Assembly: GCA_047456295.1 (NCBI GenBank)
Contig: CP179887.1
Location: forward strand, 495,159 to 559,158
From: Candidatus Nealsonbacteria bacterium
Lineage (GTDB): Bacteria > Patescibacteriota > Minisyncoccia > Minisyncoccales > JANBVM01
Length of the DNA stretch: 64,000 nucleotides
Direction of reading: 5' to 3'
This document shows positions 43,665 through 53,729 of this stretch, piece after piece. Numbering within the stretch: the stretch's first letter is position 1; each line of letters begins with the position of its first letter. The translations under genes were made by a program, and so were the position numbers. Under the pieces are notes generated by a model. It made no database searches, was not told the origin of the DNA, and worked only from the letters and a program-made list of their open reading frames with translations.

Positions 43665-44314
43665 TTTTTTAAAACTATTATTTTAGCTTCATCAGCAGGT
43701 ATATCTTTCTTTTTAATCGATAATTTATTTAGGGGTGTTAAAGATTTTATCCCAAACATTTTTAAAAACCTATTCAGGGGGTTTAATTTAATCTTTAATT
43801 TCGGGATAGCATAATGCATGGGAATGGTAATTTTGGGTTCAAGTTGGGACATTATCTTTGCAACTTCTTTTAATGAGATGGTATAGTTACCTCCTACTGG
43901 AATCATTAAAATATCAATCTCCCCTATTTTCTCCATTTGTTCCTCGGTCAGCTCTTTTTGACCAAAATCTCCCAGATGACAGAGTTTAATATCTTCACTT
44001 TCCATAACGTATATTGTATTCATGCCTCTTTCTTTTCCCCTGGAGTCATCGTGAAAAGAGAGAATCCCCCGAATAAAAACACCTTTTACCTCGTATTCTC
44101 CGGGTCCCTCAATCAAGAAAGGATTTCCAGAAACTGCCTTAATGTTGTTATGGTCATAATGTTGATGGGTGACCAATAAGATGTCAGCCTCGAGTTTGGG
44201 AACCCTTAATCCTATACTTTTGTCAAAGGGGTCAATCACAATCTGGACCTGATTATTTTTCTCAGGATTAGTTGTTATTTGAAATAAAGAGTGGCCGTGC
44301 CACACAATTTTCAT
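43661..44314 (-). CDS. MBL-fold metal-dependent hydrolase (UPF0173-like)
   Basis: MKIVWHGHSLFQI and THQHYDHN (HxHxDH). Confidence 0.85.
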   Translation of the reverse strand: MKIVWHGHSLFQITTNPEKNNQVQIVIDPFDKSIGLRVPKLEADILLVTHQHYDHNNIKAVSGNPFLIEGPGEYEVKGVFIRGILSFHDDSRGKERGMNTIYVMESEDIKLCHLGDFGQKELTEEQMEKIGEIDILMIPVGGNYTISLKEVAKIMSQLEPKITIPMHYAIPKLKIKLNPLNRFLKMFGIKSLTPLNKLSIKKKDIPADEAKIIVLKK

Positions 44315-44459
44315 GATTTGTGAAGTTTGTTTTAATCTTATCTCTGAATCCTATCACAAATTATTCCTTCATTCAACTGTTGAAAATTTCAGAAATATGT
44401 TTTAAGATAAAGAGTATAAGAAATGTGGTTCTTTGGCAAGAACCTTGATTCTTGGAATT

Positions 44460-45521
44460 ATGAAAGATATATTAGAAAAAAACAATTTTTCAAGGCCAGC
44501 AAGGATTGGAGAGATTATTGAGGGACAAGTTGTTGGTAAGGGGAGATCAGCAGTTTTTTTAGATTTGGGACGGATTGGGACAGGGGTGATTTATGGAAAG
44601 GAGTTTTATGATGCTAAAGAAAAGTTAAAGGGATTGAAAATCGGTGATAAGATTTTCAGTAAAATAATTGATTTGGATAATGAAGAAGGTTTTATTGAGT
44701 TATCCATTACCAGGGCTTTCAAAGAATTATCTTTTGGAAGCCTTGAAGAAAAGAAGGAAAAGAACGAACTGGTAAAGGTTAAAATCTTGGGAGCAAACAA
44801 AGGAGGTTTAATAACAGAGATTTCTGGGATACCTGCCTTTCTACCGGTTTCCCAACTAGCAAGCGAACACTATCCCAAGGTTGAGGGAGGAGACAAGTCA
44901 AAGATTTTAACAGAGCTTCAGAAATTTATTGGTGAAGAATTAGAGGTGAAAATCCTTGATTTGTTTCCAAAGAAAGGACAGATCATTTTATCAGAAAAGG
45001 CAAAGGATTTAGATAAGGTAAGAGAAATAATGAAGAATTACAAGCTGGGAGATGTTGTAAAGGGAAAGATTACTGGAATTACTGATTTTGGAGCCTTTAT
45101 TAAGTTTCCAGTTGATAAAGATGAACAGCTTGAGGGATTGATTCATATTTCTGAACTGGACTGGAAAATTATTGATGATCCTTCAGATATCGTTAATCCT
45201 GGTGACAAAGTGGAGGCAAAGATTGTTGATATCTCTGATAGTAAGATTTCCTTATCCCTAAAAGCTTTGAAAAAAGACCCTTGGGGAGGAATTGAGAAAA
45301 AATATAAAAAAGGAGAAATAATTTCAGGAAAGGTTACCAAAATCAATCCTTTTGGAGCTTTTATTCAAATAAATAAAGCTATTCAGGCACTCTGTCATGT
45401 ATCTGAGTTCGAAGGTGAGAAGATGGAGGATGTTTTGAAAGTAGACAAAAAATATAAGTTTCAAATCTTATTCATTGATGAAAAAGAACACCGGATGAGC
45501 TTGAAATTAATTAAGAAATAA
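44460..45521 (+). CDS. rpsA: S1 RNA-binding repeat protein (ribosomal protein S1-like, 4 S1 domains)
   Basis: Repeated S1 motifs are present (GEIIEGQVVGKG, GDVVKGKITGITDFGAFIKF, GEIISGKVTKINPFGAFIQI). The track start is TTG 44433; the ATG at 44460 is preferred. Confidence 0.8.
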   Translation: MKDILEKNNFSRPARIGEIIEGQVVGKGRSAVFLDLGRIGTGVIYGKEFYDAKEKLKGLKIGDKIFSKIIDLDNEEGFIELSITRAFKELSFGSLEEKKEKNELVKVKILGANKGGLITEISGIPAFLPVSQLASEHYPKVEGGDKSKILTELQKFIGEELEVKILDLFPKKGQIILSEKAKDLDKVREIMKNYKLGDVVKGKITGITDFGAFIKFPVDKDEQLEGLIHISELDWKIIDDPSDIVNPGDKVEAKIVDISDSKISLSLKALKKDPWGGIEKKYKKGEIISGKVTKINPFGAFIQINKAIQALCHVSEFEGEKMEDVLKVDKKYKFQILFIDEKEHRMSLKLIKK

Positions 45522-45536
45522 TTTTTATCACAAATA

Positions 45537-47441
45537 ATGAAAACTTTAGGTAAAAATCTTTTATTGATGTTAGTGATTTTTCTAAGCATATCCGCTGTTT
45601 TCAGCTTATTTTTTCAACCCTTTACTGAGATAAAACAATTATCCCTTACCCAACTGGTTGGAGATATTAATGAAGGCAAGGTTAAAAAAATAACTGTTTC
45701 TGGAGAAGAGCTTGAAATAACATATCAAGATGATTCAAAAGCTATATCCAGAAAAGAACCTGAGGCTCCTTTATCTGACTCTTTAGTGAATTATGGAGCT
45801 GAGAAAGAAAAGTTGAACAAGATTAATGTTGAGATAAAAGAAAGCGGTGGAGGCTGGGTGTGGTTGGGACCGGTTTTGTTTTCAATCCTTCCTGTATTAC
45901 TTTTCGGCCTGTTTTTCTGGATGATTTTCAGACAGGCTAAGACAGGAGCCATGCAGACTTTTGATTTTACCAAGGCCAAAGCCAGATTGTTTGGGGCCAC
46001 AGGTCACCCACAGGAAAAGATTAGCTTTAAAGACGTGGCCGGTCAAAAAGAGGCAAAGGAAGAATTAAAAGAGATTGTAGATTTTCTAAAGAATCCAAAG
46101 AAATATTTAAAGATGGGGGCAAGGATTCCCAGAGGGGTATTGCTCTTGGGTCCAGCTGGTGTGGGGAAAACTTTATTGGCAAGAGCAGTAGCTGGAGAAG
46201 CCAATGTCCCCTTTTTTTCAATTTCCGGATCAGAATTTGTGGAGATGTTTGTCGGGGTTGGAGCTGGGAGAGTTCGGGATCTTTTTGCTACTGCTAAAAA
46301 AGCTGGCAGGTCAATAATTTTTATTGATGAACTAGATGCTGTTGGTCGGGCAAGAGGAGCTGGAATTGGCGGAGGACATGATGAAAGAGAACAAACCTTA
46401 AATCAAATATTAGTTGAAATGGATGGATTTGAAAGAGATGATAATAGAGTAGTTCTCGCAGCGACCAATAGGCCTGATATATTGGATAGAGCTCTTTTAC
46501 GACCAGGTCGTTTTGATCGAAAAGTAGTCTTGGATATTCCTGATATTAACGATAGAGAACAAATTTTAAAGATTCATTGCAAGAAAAAACCACTGGCTTT
46601 AGATGTAGATTTGAGAGAGACTGCTGAGAGAACCCCGGGATTTACTGGAGCGGACCTGGCAAATGTTGTTAATGAAGCAGCAATTTTAGCTGCCAGAAGA
46701 AACAAAAATCAAGTTTTTCAAAAGGAATTTTTAGAATCAATTGAAAAGGTTTTGTTGGGACCCGAAAGAAAAAGCCATATTCTATCAAAAAAAGAAAAGA
46801 AAATAGCTGCTTTTCATGAAGCAGGTCACGCCTTGATTTCTTCTTCCTTGTTAGAAGCTGAACCAGTAAGAAAGATCTCAATTATTGCCAGAGGGTTTGC
46901 AGCTGGCTATACCCTAAAGATGCCTAGAGAGGAAAGGAGAATCAAAACAAAATCAGAGTTTTTAGCAGAGATAACAACCCTGCTTGGAGGGTATTGTGCA
47001 GAGAAATTGACATTTGGTCAGATTACAACAGGAGCTGCCGATGACTTAAAAAAAGCTTCTGATTTAGCCAGAAAACTGGTTAAGGAATACGGAATGTCAA
47101 AGCTGGGGCCCATTTCTTTTGGTAAAAAAGAAGAATTGGTTTTTTTGGGAAGAGAGATTTCAGAACAAAGGAATTATTCTGAAAAGGTGGCTGCCTTAAT
47201 TGATGAAGAGGTGGCAAGATTTATTAAGAATGCTCAAGTGCAAGCCCAAAGAATATTGGTGAGAAAAAAGAAGTTGTTAGGAGAGATTGCAGAGGTCCTG
47301 ATTGACAAAGAAATAATTGAAAGAGAGGAATTTGAGAGATTGATTGGGAAAAAGAAGACCAAAAAAGTCAAAGTTTCAAAACCCAGGACAAAGAAGGGGA
47401 AAAAAGAAAAATCACTTAAAGTGAAAGTTAAATCTCTATAA
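45537..47441 (+). CDS. ftsH: ATP-dependent zinc metalloprotease FtsH
   Basis: 634 aa with Walker A GPAGVGKT, the [22 protein letters not shown], and the zinc site HEAGHAL. Confidence 0.95.
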   Translation: MKTLGKNLLLMLVIFLSISAVFSLFFQPFTEIKQLSLTQLVGDINEGKVKKITVSGEELEITYQDDSKAISRKEPEAPLSDSLVNYGAEKEKLNKINVEIKESGGGWVWLGPVLFSILPVLLFGLFFWMIFRQAKTGAMQTFDFTKAKARLFGATGHPQEKISFKDVAGQKEAKEELKEIVDFLKNPKKYLKMGARIPRGVLLLGPAGVGKTLLARAVAGEANVPFFSISGSEFVEMFVGVGAGRVRDLFATAKKAGRSIIFIDELDAVGRARGAGIGGGHDEREQTLNQILVEMDGFERDDNRVVLAATNRPDILDRALLRPGRFDRKVVLDIPDINDREQILKIHCKKKPLALDVDLRETAERTPGFTGADLANVVNEAAILAARRNKNQVFQKEFLESIEKVLLGPERKSHILSKKEKKIAAFHEAGHALISSSLLEAEPVRKISIIARGFAAGYTLKMPREERRIKTKSEFLAEITTLLGGYCAEKLTFGQITTGAADDLKKASDLARKLVKEYGMSKLGPISFGKKEELVFLGREISEQRNYSEKVAALIDEEVARFIKNAQVQAQRILVRKKKLLGEIAEVLIDKEIIEREEFERLIGKKKTKKVKVSKPRTKKGKKEKSLKVKVKSL

Positions 47442-47486
47442 GAGGGTTTTCAGAACATATTTAACAATCTTAGTGAACAAGATGAG

Positions 47487-47558
47487 GGGCATGTAGTTCA
47501 GTGGTAGAACGCCACTCTTATAAAGTGGAAGTCCCAGGTTCGATCCCTGGCATGCCCA
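47487..47558 (+). tRNA. tRNA-Ile (anticodon TAT)
   Basis: Acceptor gggcatg/catgccc, anticodon stem ccact/agtgg, loop ctTATaa, T arm ccagg-ttcgatc-cctgg. Confidence 0.8.
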
Positions 47559-47564
47559 TATAGA

Positions 47565-47637
47565 GGGCATTTGGCGCAGTGGTTAGCGCGTCTGCTCGAC
47601 ATGCAGAAGGTCGGGGGTTCAAGTCCCTCAATGCCCA
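47565..47637 (+). tRNA. tRNA-Val (anticodon GAC) with apparent C at position 33
   Basis: Acceptor gggcatt/aatgccc, anticodon stem tctgc/gcaga, loop tcGACat, T arm ggggg-ttcaagt-ccctc. Confidence 0.78.
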
Positions 47638-47638
47638 C

Positions 47639-48379
47639 ATGAGGCTCAAGATTATTTATGAAGATGATAATCTCTTGGTAATTGATAAGCCTTCCAATAT
47701 GGTAGTTTTTCCCGAAGGATTGACCAGCCAAGATACTTTGATTGATTTACTTCTGAAGCAATTTCCTTATCTAAAGAATGTTGGTAAACCTCCCAGATAC
47801 GGAATAGTTCATAGATTAGATAAAGACACCTCAGGAATTTTGTTGACAGCTAAAAACAACAAGGGTTTAATCTTTTTACAAGAACAATTTAAGAACAGAA
47901 AAGTAGTTAAAAAATACATTGCCTTGGTTGTTGGGAACGTCAAGAAAAGCCAGGGAGAAATTAAAACCTTAATCGGTCGTTCGCCAAAAAACAGAATAAA
48001 ACAAAGGGTTTATCTACCCCTTGAGCCTGGTTCAAAAGACAAAAGGGAAGCTATAACAAAATACAGGGTGTTAAAGAGATTCTTAAAGAAAGAAAATTCT
48101 GGTTTAAAGAAGGAAGAATATACCTTGCTTGATATTATCCTAAAGACAGGCAGGAAACATCAGATCAGGACCCATTTTAATTATCTGGGCCATCCGATTG
48201 CAGGAGATAAACTATATGCTTTTAGAAATCAAGCTTGTCCTGAAGATTTGAAAAGACAGTTCCTCCATGCCAGTTTCTTAAAGATAAAACTCTTAGACGG
48301 CAGAGAAAAAGAATTTAGTTCAGAACTGCCAGAGGATTTAAAAAGTGTTTTAGAAAAATTAAATGAAGATACTGGATAA
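47639..48379 (+). CDS. RluA-family pseudouridine synthase (no S4 domain)
   Basis: MRLKIIYEDDNLLVIDKP and HRLDKDTSGILL (catalytic Asp). The track ORF start at 47579 lies inside tRNA-Val, so the ATG at 47639 is used. Confidence 0.88.
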   Translation: MRLKIIYEDDNLLVIDKPSNMVVFPEGLTSQDTLIDLLLKQFPYLKNVGKPPRYGIVHRLDKDTSGILLTAKNNKGLIFLQEQFKNRKVVKKYIALVVGNVKKSQGEIKTLIGRSPKNRIKQRVYLPLEPGSKDKREAITKYRVLKRFLKKENSGLKKEEYTLLDIILKTGRKHQIRTHFNYLGHPIAGDKLYAFRNQACPEDLKRQFLHASFLKIKLLDGREKEFSSELPEDLKSVLEKLNEDTG

Positions 48380-48590
48380 AATTCAGGGACTACCCGATAA
48401 AAGGAAAAAGATAATTGTTTGGGTGGTGTTGATAATCACAGCTGTTTTTCTTTTTAAATTATATGTTCAAAACATGCAGGAGAAAATGAAAAACATTGAA
48501 GGAGAAAAGATTAAACAAGAGCTTCAAATCCCAAAGCTGCAGGAAGAGCTTAAGGGTTTGCTAGAGTTTGAAATCCCGGAAATAAAATGA
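48363..48590 (+). CDS. Small single-TM hypothetical protein
   Basis: 75 aa with one hydrophobic helix. It overlaps both neighbours (the 17 nt from 48363 to 48379 with the rluA-family gene, ATGA with gyrA). There is no family signal. Confidence 0.45.
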   Translation: MKILDKIQGLPDKRKKIIVWVVLIITAVFLFKLYVQNMQEKMKNIEGEKIKQELQIPKLQEELKGLLEFEIPEIK

Positions 48591-51500
48591 AAAAAAGAGA
48601 AAAAAAAGTAAACAAAGAAGTCACTAGGGTAGAATCAAGAGAGATTACTCAAGAGATGAAGGAATCATACATTGATTATGCCATGTCAGTGATTATTTCC
48701 CGGGCCCTGCCTGATGTCAGGGATGGATTAAAACCTGTCCAGAGGAGGATTTTATATACCATGTTTGAAGACGGGTTACGGCATGATGCAAGGTCTAGAA
48801 AATCAGCCACTGTTGTCGGGGGTTGTTTGGGCAGGTATCACCCTCACGGTGACCAGGCAGTATACGGGGCGGCAATAAGAATGGCTCAAAATTTTTCCCT
48901 GAGATATCCTTTGATTCAGGGTCAAGGGAACGTAGGCTCAATCGATGACCCAGGAGAATTTGCAGCCATGAGATATTGTATTACTGGTGATTCCATGGTA
49001 GTGACCAATCGTTGTTTGGAAAGAATTGATGAAATTTCTGATAAAGAGGATATTTCTTTAAATGTTTTGTCTTTTGCTCAAAAAATAAACTCAGCATCTA
49101 AATGGTTTGATTCAGGTATTCATCCTGTTTTAGAGGTGAAGACATTCAGGGGTTATAAATTAAAAGGAACAAATAATCATCCAATCTTAACTCTTCAAAA
49201 AGATACTGAGAGCAGACCTATATTTAAATGGAAATTATTTAAAGACATTAAAAAAGGAGATTTCGCAGTTATTGATAGAAACAATAAAGCTTTATGGCAT
49301 TCAAAAGAAGAAAGCCTTAAACAGTATTACCCTCAAATAAAGAACAGACGTATTGTAATCCATAAGCTACCTTTAAGAATGAACCCGGATTTAGCTTTTT
49401 TAATGGGTGCAGTTTTAGCAGAAGGTTATGTTTCACACAGAAAATCAAAAGCAAAATCTGTTGGTTTTGTTAATACAGATAAAGAATTCATAAGTGCTTT
49501 TAAAAAGAGTTTTAAAAAAATATTTCCTGATTGTAGATTACATGAATTTGAAAGAAGACCTTCAGGTTATGGAAAACTAAAATATACTGCTTTGGAGATT
49601 CATTCTCATCATGTCGTTGAATTTTTGGAAAATTTAGGATTAAAAAATAGTCCTGCATCTAAAAAACAAATTCCTGAAACCATCTTTCATGCAAGTAAAA
49701 AATCAATAGCTGCTTTTCTGAAAGGACTTTTTGAAGGAGATGGATCTATTTATCTTTGTAAATACCGCAATAAAGATACAAAACAAAAATCAATAGAAAT
49801 AGTCTATACTTCTTGTAGTAAGAAATTGCTTGAACAGTTACAAATCATATTTTTAAGATTTGGCATAGATTCGTTTTTAAGACCCGAAAGAACAAGAACA
49901 ACATTAAGATTATTCATTCGTGGACACAGCAATCTTAGTTTGTTTAAAAAACAAATTGGTTTTCTCTCAAAACAAAAGAAACAAAGATTAGAGGAATTTT
50001 CTAAACTTAATTCCGATTACAGAATAATGTCTAAGACTGATTATATTCCGTATTTAGCTCAGTATATAAGGGAAAAGTATCAGGGATTAGACATAAAGCG
50101 AGCAGATAAGGTTTGGCTCAAAACCCATAATTTAGATAGATACCCAAAACTGAGAAAATATTATAATCGTCTGGAACAAATACTAGACGAGTTTGATTTA
50201 GAGCTTGTTAAGAATTTCTTAAAAAACCATTATTTATTTGAGCAAATTGTTTCTATAAAACAACAAGGAGAGGAACGAGTTTATTCTTTAAGAGTAGATA
50301 GTATATGTCACTCTTTTATTTCTAATGGATTTATTAGTCACAACACAGAGATGCGGCTTTCAAAACAAGGCGAAGAAACATTAAAGGATATTAGAAAAGA
50401 TACTGTTGATTTTATTGATAATTATGATGGGACAAGAAAAGAACCTGTTGTTCTGCCATCTCCCCTTCCCCAGCTTTTATTAAACGGCACCCTGGGAATT
50501 GCAGTGGGAATGGCAACAAACATTCCTCCCAATAATCTGAATGAAATCTGTGATGCTTTAATTTACCTTATTGATCATCCAAAGGCTGATACAGAGGATT
50601 TGTTTAAATTTGTTCAGGGTCCGGATTTCCCAACAGGTGGTTTTATTTATAACAAAAAAGAAATAATTGAAGCCTATTCTCAAGGCAAGGGTCCCATCTT
50701 GATAAGGGGTAAAACAGAGATAGTTGAAGACAAGAAAGAAAGGCAGCAAATCTTAATTACTGAAATTCCATTTCAGGTTAATAAATCATCCCTGCTTGAA
50801 AAATTTGCCAGATTGGTTTCAGAAAAGAGACTCAAAGGAATAAGGGATATCAGAGATGAATCAGATAAAGATGGAATGAGGATTGTGATAGATTTACAGA
50901 AAGGGGCAATAGCCAGAAGGGTATTAAACAGGCTTTTTAAATTTACTGATTTACAAAAAGCTTTTCATATGAATATGGTGGCTTTAGTAGATGGAATTCA
51001 ACCCAGGATTTTAAACTTTGTTGAGGTTTTAAATTATTTTATTTTACATCGAAAAAAAGTTATTTTAAGGAGAGTGAAATATGAATTGAAAAAAGCAAAA
51101 GAAAGGGCTCATATCCTGGCAGGTTTGAACAAATGTTTGTCAAAGATAGATATGGTCATAAAGACAATTAAAAAATCAGCAAACAGGGAGGATGCCAGGA
51201 AGAATTTAATGAAGCAATTTAAGCTTACAGAGATTCAGGCCAATGCTATTTTAGATACCAGGTTAGCTAGCCTGGCCCGTCTGGAAAGAAAAAAGATTGA
51301 AGATGAATTAAAAGATTTAAAGGCTAAGATTAAGGAATTAACAGCTATTTTAAAGAGTCCTCAGAGAATAAAACAGATAATCAAAAAAGAACTGAATATG
51401 CTGAAGCAAATCTTTGGAGACGAAAGAAGAACAAAGGTTTTTAATCAGAAGGTAGGGGAAATATCTGAAGAGGATTTAATCCCAAAAGAAGAAACAATTA

Positions 51501-52435
51501 TTACCCTGACCCAGGGAGGATACATTAAAAGAATAAATCCCAAAACCTACAGGATTCAGAAGAGGGGAGGAAAAGGAATTATGGGAATGAAAACAGTGGG
51601 TGAGGATATTGTGGAACATTTCTTGATAGCCAATACCCATGACAACCTCTTGTTTTTTACTGATTTGGGAAAGGTTTTTAAAGTACCTGTTTATGAGATT
51701 CCCGAAGGAGCAAGAACAGCTAAGGGCCGGGGCTTACTCAACTTCCTGGAAATCTCTTCTGAGGAAAAGGTTTTGTCTTTAATACCTTTGGGTAAAAAAG
51801 CTGAAATGGTTGAAACGAAATATTTAGTAATGGTGACCAAGAAAGGTATAATTAAAAAAACCGCCCTGGAGGATTTCAAAAACATCAGGCGTTCAGGATT
51901 AATTGCCATTTCTTTGAAAAAAGGAGATTTATTGAAAAAGGTGGGTAAAACCACGGGTCAGAATGAAATAATCTTGGTAACCAAGAAAGGACAGTCCATC
52001 AGGTTTAAAGAAAAAGACATCAGGTCCATGGGTCGTTCAGCCGCAGGAGTGAAGGGAATCAGATTGAGAAAAGGAGATGAGGTAGTGGGAATGGATATAG
52101 TAAGATTAAAAACCAAGAAAGAGTTAAACAACAAACAATATTTACTGGTGGTAAGTGAGAAAGGTTATGGAAAAAGGACGGATTTAAAAGAGTATGGCTT
52201 GCAGAAAAGAGGAGGGGTGGGGGTTAAAACAGCAAGGGTGAGCCCAAAAATAGGAAACCTGGTTGCCTCTAAGGTTTTGACAGGTCAGGAAGATGATTTG
52301 ATTGTCATTTCTCAGCATGCTCAGGTAATCAGGATAAAGATTGGTTCCATTTCAAAGATAAGCCGGGCAACCCAGGGAGTCAGGATTATGAGGCTGGGTG
52401 AGGGAGACAGGGTTGTTTCAGCAGCTTTTGTTTAA
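48587..52435 (+). CDS. gyrA: DNA gyrase subunit A, interrupted by an intein
   Basis: The exteins give a typical 826-aa GyrA ([39 protein letters not shown], a C-terminal beta-pinwheel). The 1282-aa ORF includes the intein. Confidence 0.95.
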   Translation: MKKREKKVNKEVTRVESREITQEMKESYIDYAMSVIISRALPDVRDGLKPVQRRILYTMFEDGLRHDARSRKSATVVGGCLGRYHPHGDQAVYGAAIRMAQNFSLRYPLIQGQGNVGSIDDPGEFAAMRYCITGDSMVVTNRCLERIDEISDKEDISLNVLSFAQKINSASKWFDSGIHPVLEVKTFRGYKLKGTNNHPILTLQKDTESRPIFKWKLFKDIKKGDFAVIDRNNKALWHSKEESLKQYYPQIKNRRIVIHKLPLRMNPDLAFLMGAVLAEGYVSHRKSKAKSVGFVNTDKEFISAFKKSFKKIFPDCRLHEFERRPSGYGKLKYTALEIHSHHVVEFLENLGLKNSPASKKQIPETIFHASKKSIAAFLKGLFEGDGSIYLCKYRNKDTKQKSIEIVYTSCSKKLLEQLQIIFLRFGIDSFLRPERTRTTLRLFIRGHSNLSLFKKQIGFLSKQKKQRLEEFSKLNSDYRIMSKTDYIPYLAQYIREKYQGLDIKRADKVWLKTHNLDRYPKLRKYYNRLEQILDEFDLELVKNFLKNHYLFEQIVSIKQQGEERVYSLRVDSICHSFISNGFISHNTEMRLSKQGEETLKDIRKDTVDFIDNYDGTRKEPVVLPSPLPQLLLNGTLGIAVGMATNIPPNNLNEICDALIYLIDHPKADTEDLFKFVQGPDFPTGGFIYNKKEIIEAYSQGKGPILIRGKTEIVEDKKERQQILITEIPFQVNKSSLLEKFARLVSEKRLKGIRDIRDESDKDGMRIVIDLQKGAIARRVLNRLFKFTDLQKAFHMNMVALVDGIQPRILNFVEVLNYFILHRKKVILRRVKYELKKAKERAHILAGLNKCLSKIDMVIKTIKKSANREDARKNLMKQFKLTEIQANAILDTRLASLARLERKKIEDELKDLKAKIKELTAILKSPQRIKQIIKKELNMLKQIFGDERRTKVFNQKVGEISEEDLIPKEETIITLTQGGYIKRINPKTYRIQKRGGKGIMGMKTVGEDIVEHFLIANTHDNLLFFTDLGKVFKVPVYEIPEGARTAKGRGLLNFLEISSEEKVLSLIPLGKKAEMVETKYLVMVTKKGIIKKTALEDFKNIRRSGLIAISLKKGDLLKKVGKTTGQNEIILVTKKGQSIRFKEKDIRSMGRSAAGVKGIRLRKGDEVVGMDIVRLKTKKELNNKQYLLVVSEKGYGKRTDLKEYGLQKRGGVGVKTARVSPKIGNLVASKVLTGQEDDLIVISQHAQVIRIKIGSISKISRATQGVRIMRLGEGDRVVSAAFV
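48977..50344 (+). mobile_element. GyrA intein (456 aa) with LAGLIDADG homing-endonuclease domain, inserted after the catalytic Tyr
   Basis: It starts CITGDSMVV right after AAMRY, has block [10 protein letters not shown] and LAGLIDADG motifs [14 protein letters not shown] and [15 protein letters not shown], and ends GFISHN followed by the extein Thr (TEMRLSK). Confidence 0.9.
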
Positions 52436-52462
52436 AGATTTAAAACCCCTTGAATCTGTCAC

Positions 52463-52482
52463 AAGACTTTGAAAAGTCTTTT
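52463..52482 (+). terminator. Weak hairpin after gyrA (possible terminator)
   Basis: aagact-ttgaaa-agtctt followed by tt. The stem is short and AT-rich. Confidence 0.3.
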
Positions 52483-52515
52483 AAAAGAGGTAAAATAAAT
52501 AAGGTGAAGTAAAAC

Positions 52516-53028
52516 ATGGCTTTTCTCAATCCTTCAAAAGTTTTAGACATACTTGATTTAAAAGAAAGCTTAACTGCAGCTGATTTTGGTTCAGGCTCTG
52601 GGGGTTGGGCCATACCTTTGGCAAAGAGATTAAAGCAGGGAAAGGTGTATGCCATAGATATCTTGCAGGAACCCCTTTCAGCCTTAAAAAGCAAGACACG
52701 GTTGGAAAACATCTTAAACATTGAGACAGTGAAATCAGACGTAGAAAGAACATCCAAATTGTTAAGTAATAGTTGCGATCTGATTTTAATGACAAATCTT
52801 TTATTTGAGGTGGATGATAAAAAGAAAACAATGGAAGAGGGAAAAAGGGTTTTAAAAAAAGGAGGAAAGCTTTTGATAGTAGATTGGAAGAAAGAGGCTC
52901 CTTTGGGACCCAAAGACAAGGTTTCTGTTGAAGAGATAAAAAAAATAGCCAGAGAAATTGATTTTAAACTGGAGAAAGAATTTGAGGCAGGTCTTTATCA
53001 CTGGGGTATGGTGTTTAAAAGGTCTTGA
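52516..53028 (+). CDS. Class I SAM-dependent methyltransferase
   Basis: Motif I ADFGSGSGGWAIPLA, and the 170-aa length fits a small MTase. Confidence 0.8.
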   Translation: MAFLNPSKVLDILDLKESLTAADFGSGSGGWAIPLAKRLKQGKVYAIDILQEPLSALKSKTRLENILNIETVKSDVERTSKLLSNSCDLILMTNLLFEVDDKKKTMEEGKRVLKKGGKLLIVDWKKEAPLGPKDKVSVEEIKKIAREIDFKLEKEFEAGLYHWGMVFKRS

Positions 53029-53054
53029 GGCTTTAATTTATTTTGTGGTAAAAT
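53025..53054 (+). promoter_or_regulatory. Promoter candidate for the pilin-like triad
   Basis: TTGAGG, an 18-nt spacer ending in TGg, then TAAAAT. The ATG at 53066 is 12 nt after the -10 element. Confidence 0.35.
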
Positions 53055-53065
53055 AATATATATAC

Positions 53066-53716
53066 ATGAAATATATATGTAAATATATGAGAAAAAAAAT
53101 ATTTCTTACTCTTTTAATGGGAGTGTTTTGCCTGCTACTGATTTTTTCAATAGCGAGTAATACAAAGGCTAAGGTTGTCAACGATGTAAATGGAAATGGA
53201 AATGGGAATGGAAATGGAAATGGAAATGGAAATGGAGCTGTCCCAGATTGTAGTTCGGCAGGTAAAAACTGTGGCTGTTGTGCAAGAGGCATATGTCTAG
53301 CAGAGCCAGGAGCAAGCATTGTAAGTGGATACTATTGTGCAAGCGGAGTTTGCTGTTGTATACTAGACGGAAATGGAAATGGAAATGGAGATGGAGATGG
53401 AAATGGAAATGGGAATGGAAATGGGAATGGAAATGGAGGAGATGGATTAGGTATCACAATTAAAAATCCTTTAGCTGCCGAGAACTTTGAGGACATTATT
53501 AATAATCTTATTGACTTTGTATTTAATATTGCCATTGTTTTAACTCCTTTGATGATAATCTTGGGTGGAGTCTTATTTGTTACAGCAGCCGGTAACCTTG
53601 AACAGGTTACCCGGGCTAAAAAAATAATCATTTGGACGCTTGTTGGGTTTTTCATAGTTTTACTTGCAAAAGGCATTTCAGATTTAATAGCAACCCTTTT
53701 AGGGGTTTCAGGTTAA
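53066..53716 (+). CDS. Secreted protein: (Asn-Gly)n repeat / 9-Cys knot / (Gly-Asn/Asp)n repeat / TrbC-VirB2-like two-helix module
   Basis: The signal peptide is followed by VNGNGNGNGNGNGNGNG, PDCSSAGKNCGCCARGICLAEPGASIVSGYYCASGVCCC and DGNGNGNGDGDGNGNGNGNGNGNGGDG. Then comes NFEDIINNLIDFVFNIAIVLTPLMIILGGVLFVTAAGNLEQVTRAKKIIIWTLVGFFIVLLAKGISDLIATLLG. Confidence 0.7.
   Translation: MKYICKYMRKKIFLTLLMGVFCLLLIFSIASNTKAKVVNDVNGNGNGNGNGNGNGNGAVPDCSSAGKNCGCCARGICLAEPGASIVSGYYCASGVCCCILDGNGNGNGDGDGNGNGNGNGNGNGGDGLGITIKNPLAAENFEDIINNLIDFVFNIAIVLTPLMIILGGVLFVTAAGNLEQVTRAKKIIIWTLVGFFIVLLAKGISDLIATLLGVSG
53189..53236 (+). repeat. In-frame hexanucleotide microsatellite (AATGGR)x8
   Basis: Eight tandem aatgga/aatggg units encoding (NG)8. 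Confidence 0.95.
53366..53446 (+). repeat. In-frame hexanucleotide repeat tract (GGA-AAT / GGA-GAT units)
   Basis: About 13 units encoding DGNGNGNGDGDGNGNGNGNGNGNGGDG. Confidence 0.95.
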
Positions 53717-53729
53717 ATTTTCATTAATA

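Noticed and set aside
44427-44444. Hairpin ggttctt-tggc-aagaacc in the rpsA 5' region, considered as an autoregulatory element
   Set aside because: It is a single short stem with no conservation information available, so it cannot be distinguished from chance.
47498-47731. Minus-strand 77-aa ORF and the N-terminal 20 codons of the 47579 plus-strand ORF
   Set aside because: Both simply read through tRNA-Ile and tRNA-Val sequence. The pseudouridine synthase homology begins at the ATG at 47639.
52440-52919. 159-aa minus-strand ORF
   Set aside because: It is antisense to the methyltransferase ORF, which carries a clear SAM-binding motif (DFGSGSGGW). The minus-strand ORF has no recognisable features.
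53189-53446. Repeat tracts considered as a possible CRISPR or other non-coding array
   Set aside because: The period is 6 nt with no spacers. The tracts are in frame and inside a well-supported CDS, so they are a coding microsatellite and not a CRISPR array.
53038-53676. Two minus-strand ORFs with PFPFPFPF repeats
   Set aside because: They are the antisense reading of the in-frame (AATGGA)n tracts. The plus-strand ORF has a signal peptide and the conserved C-terminal module, so the minus-strand ORFs are spurious.
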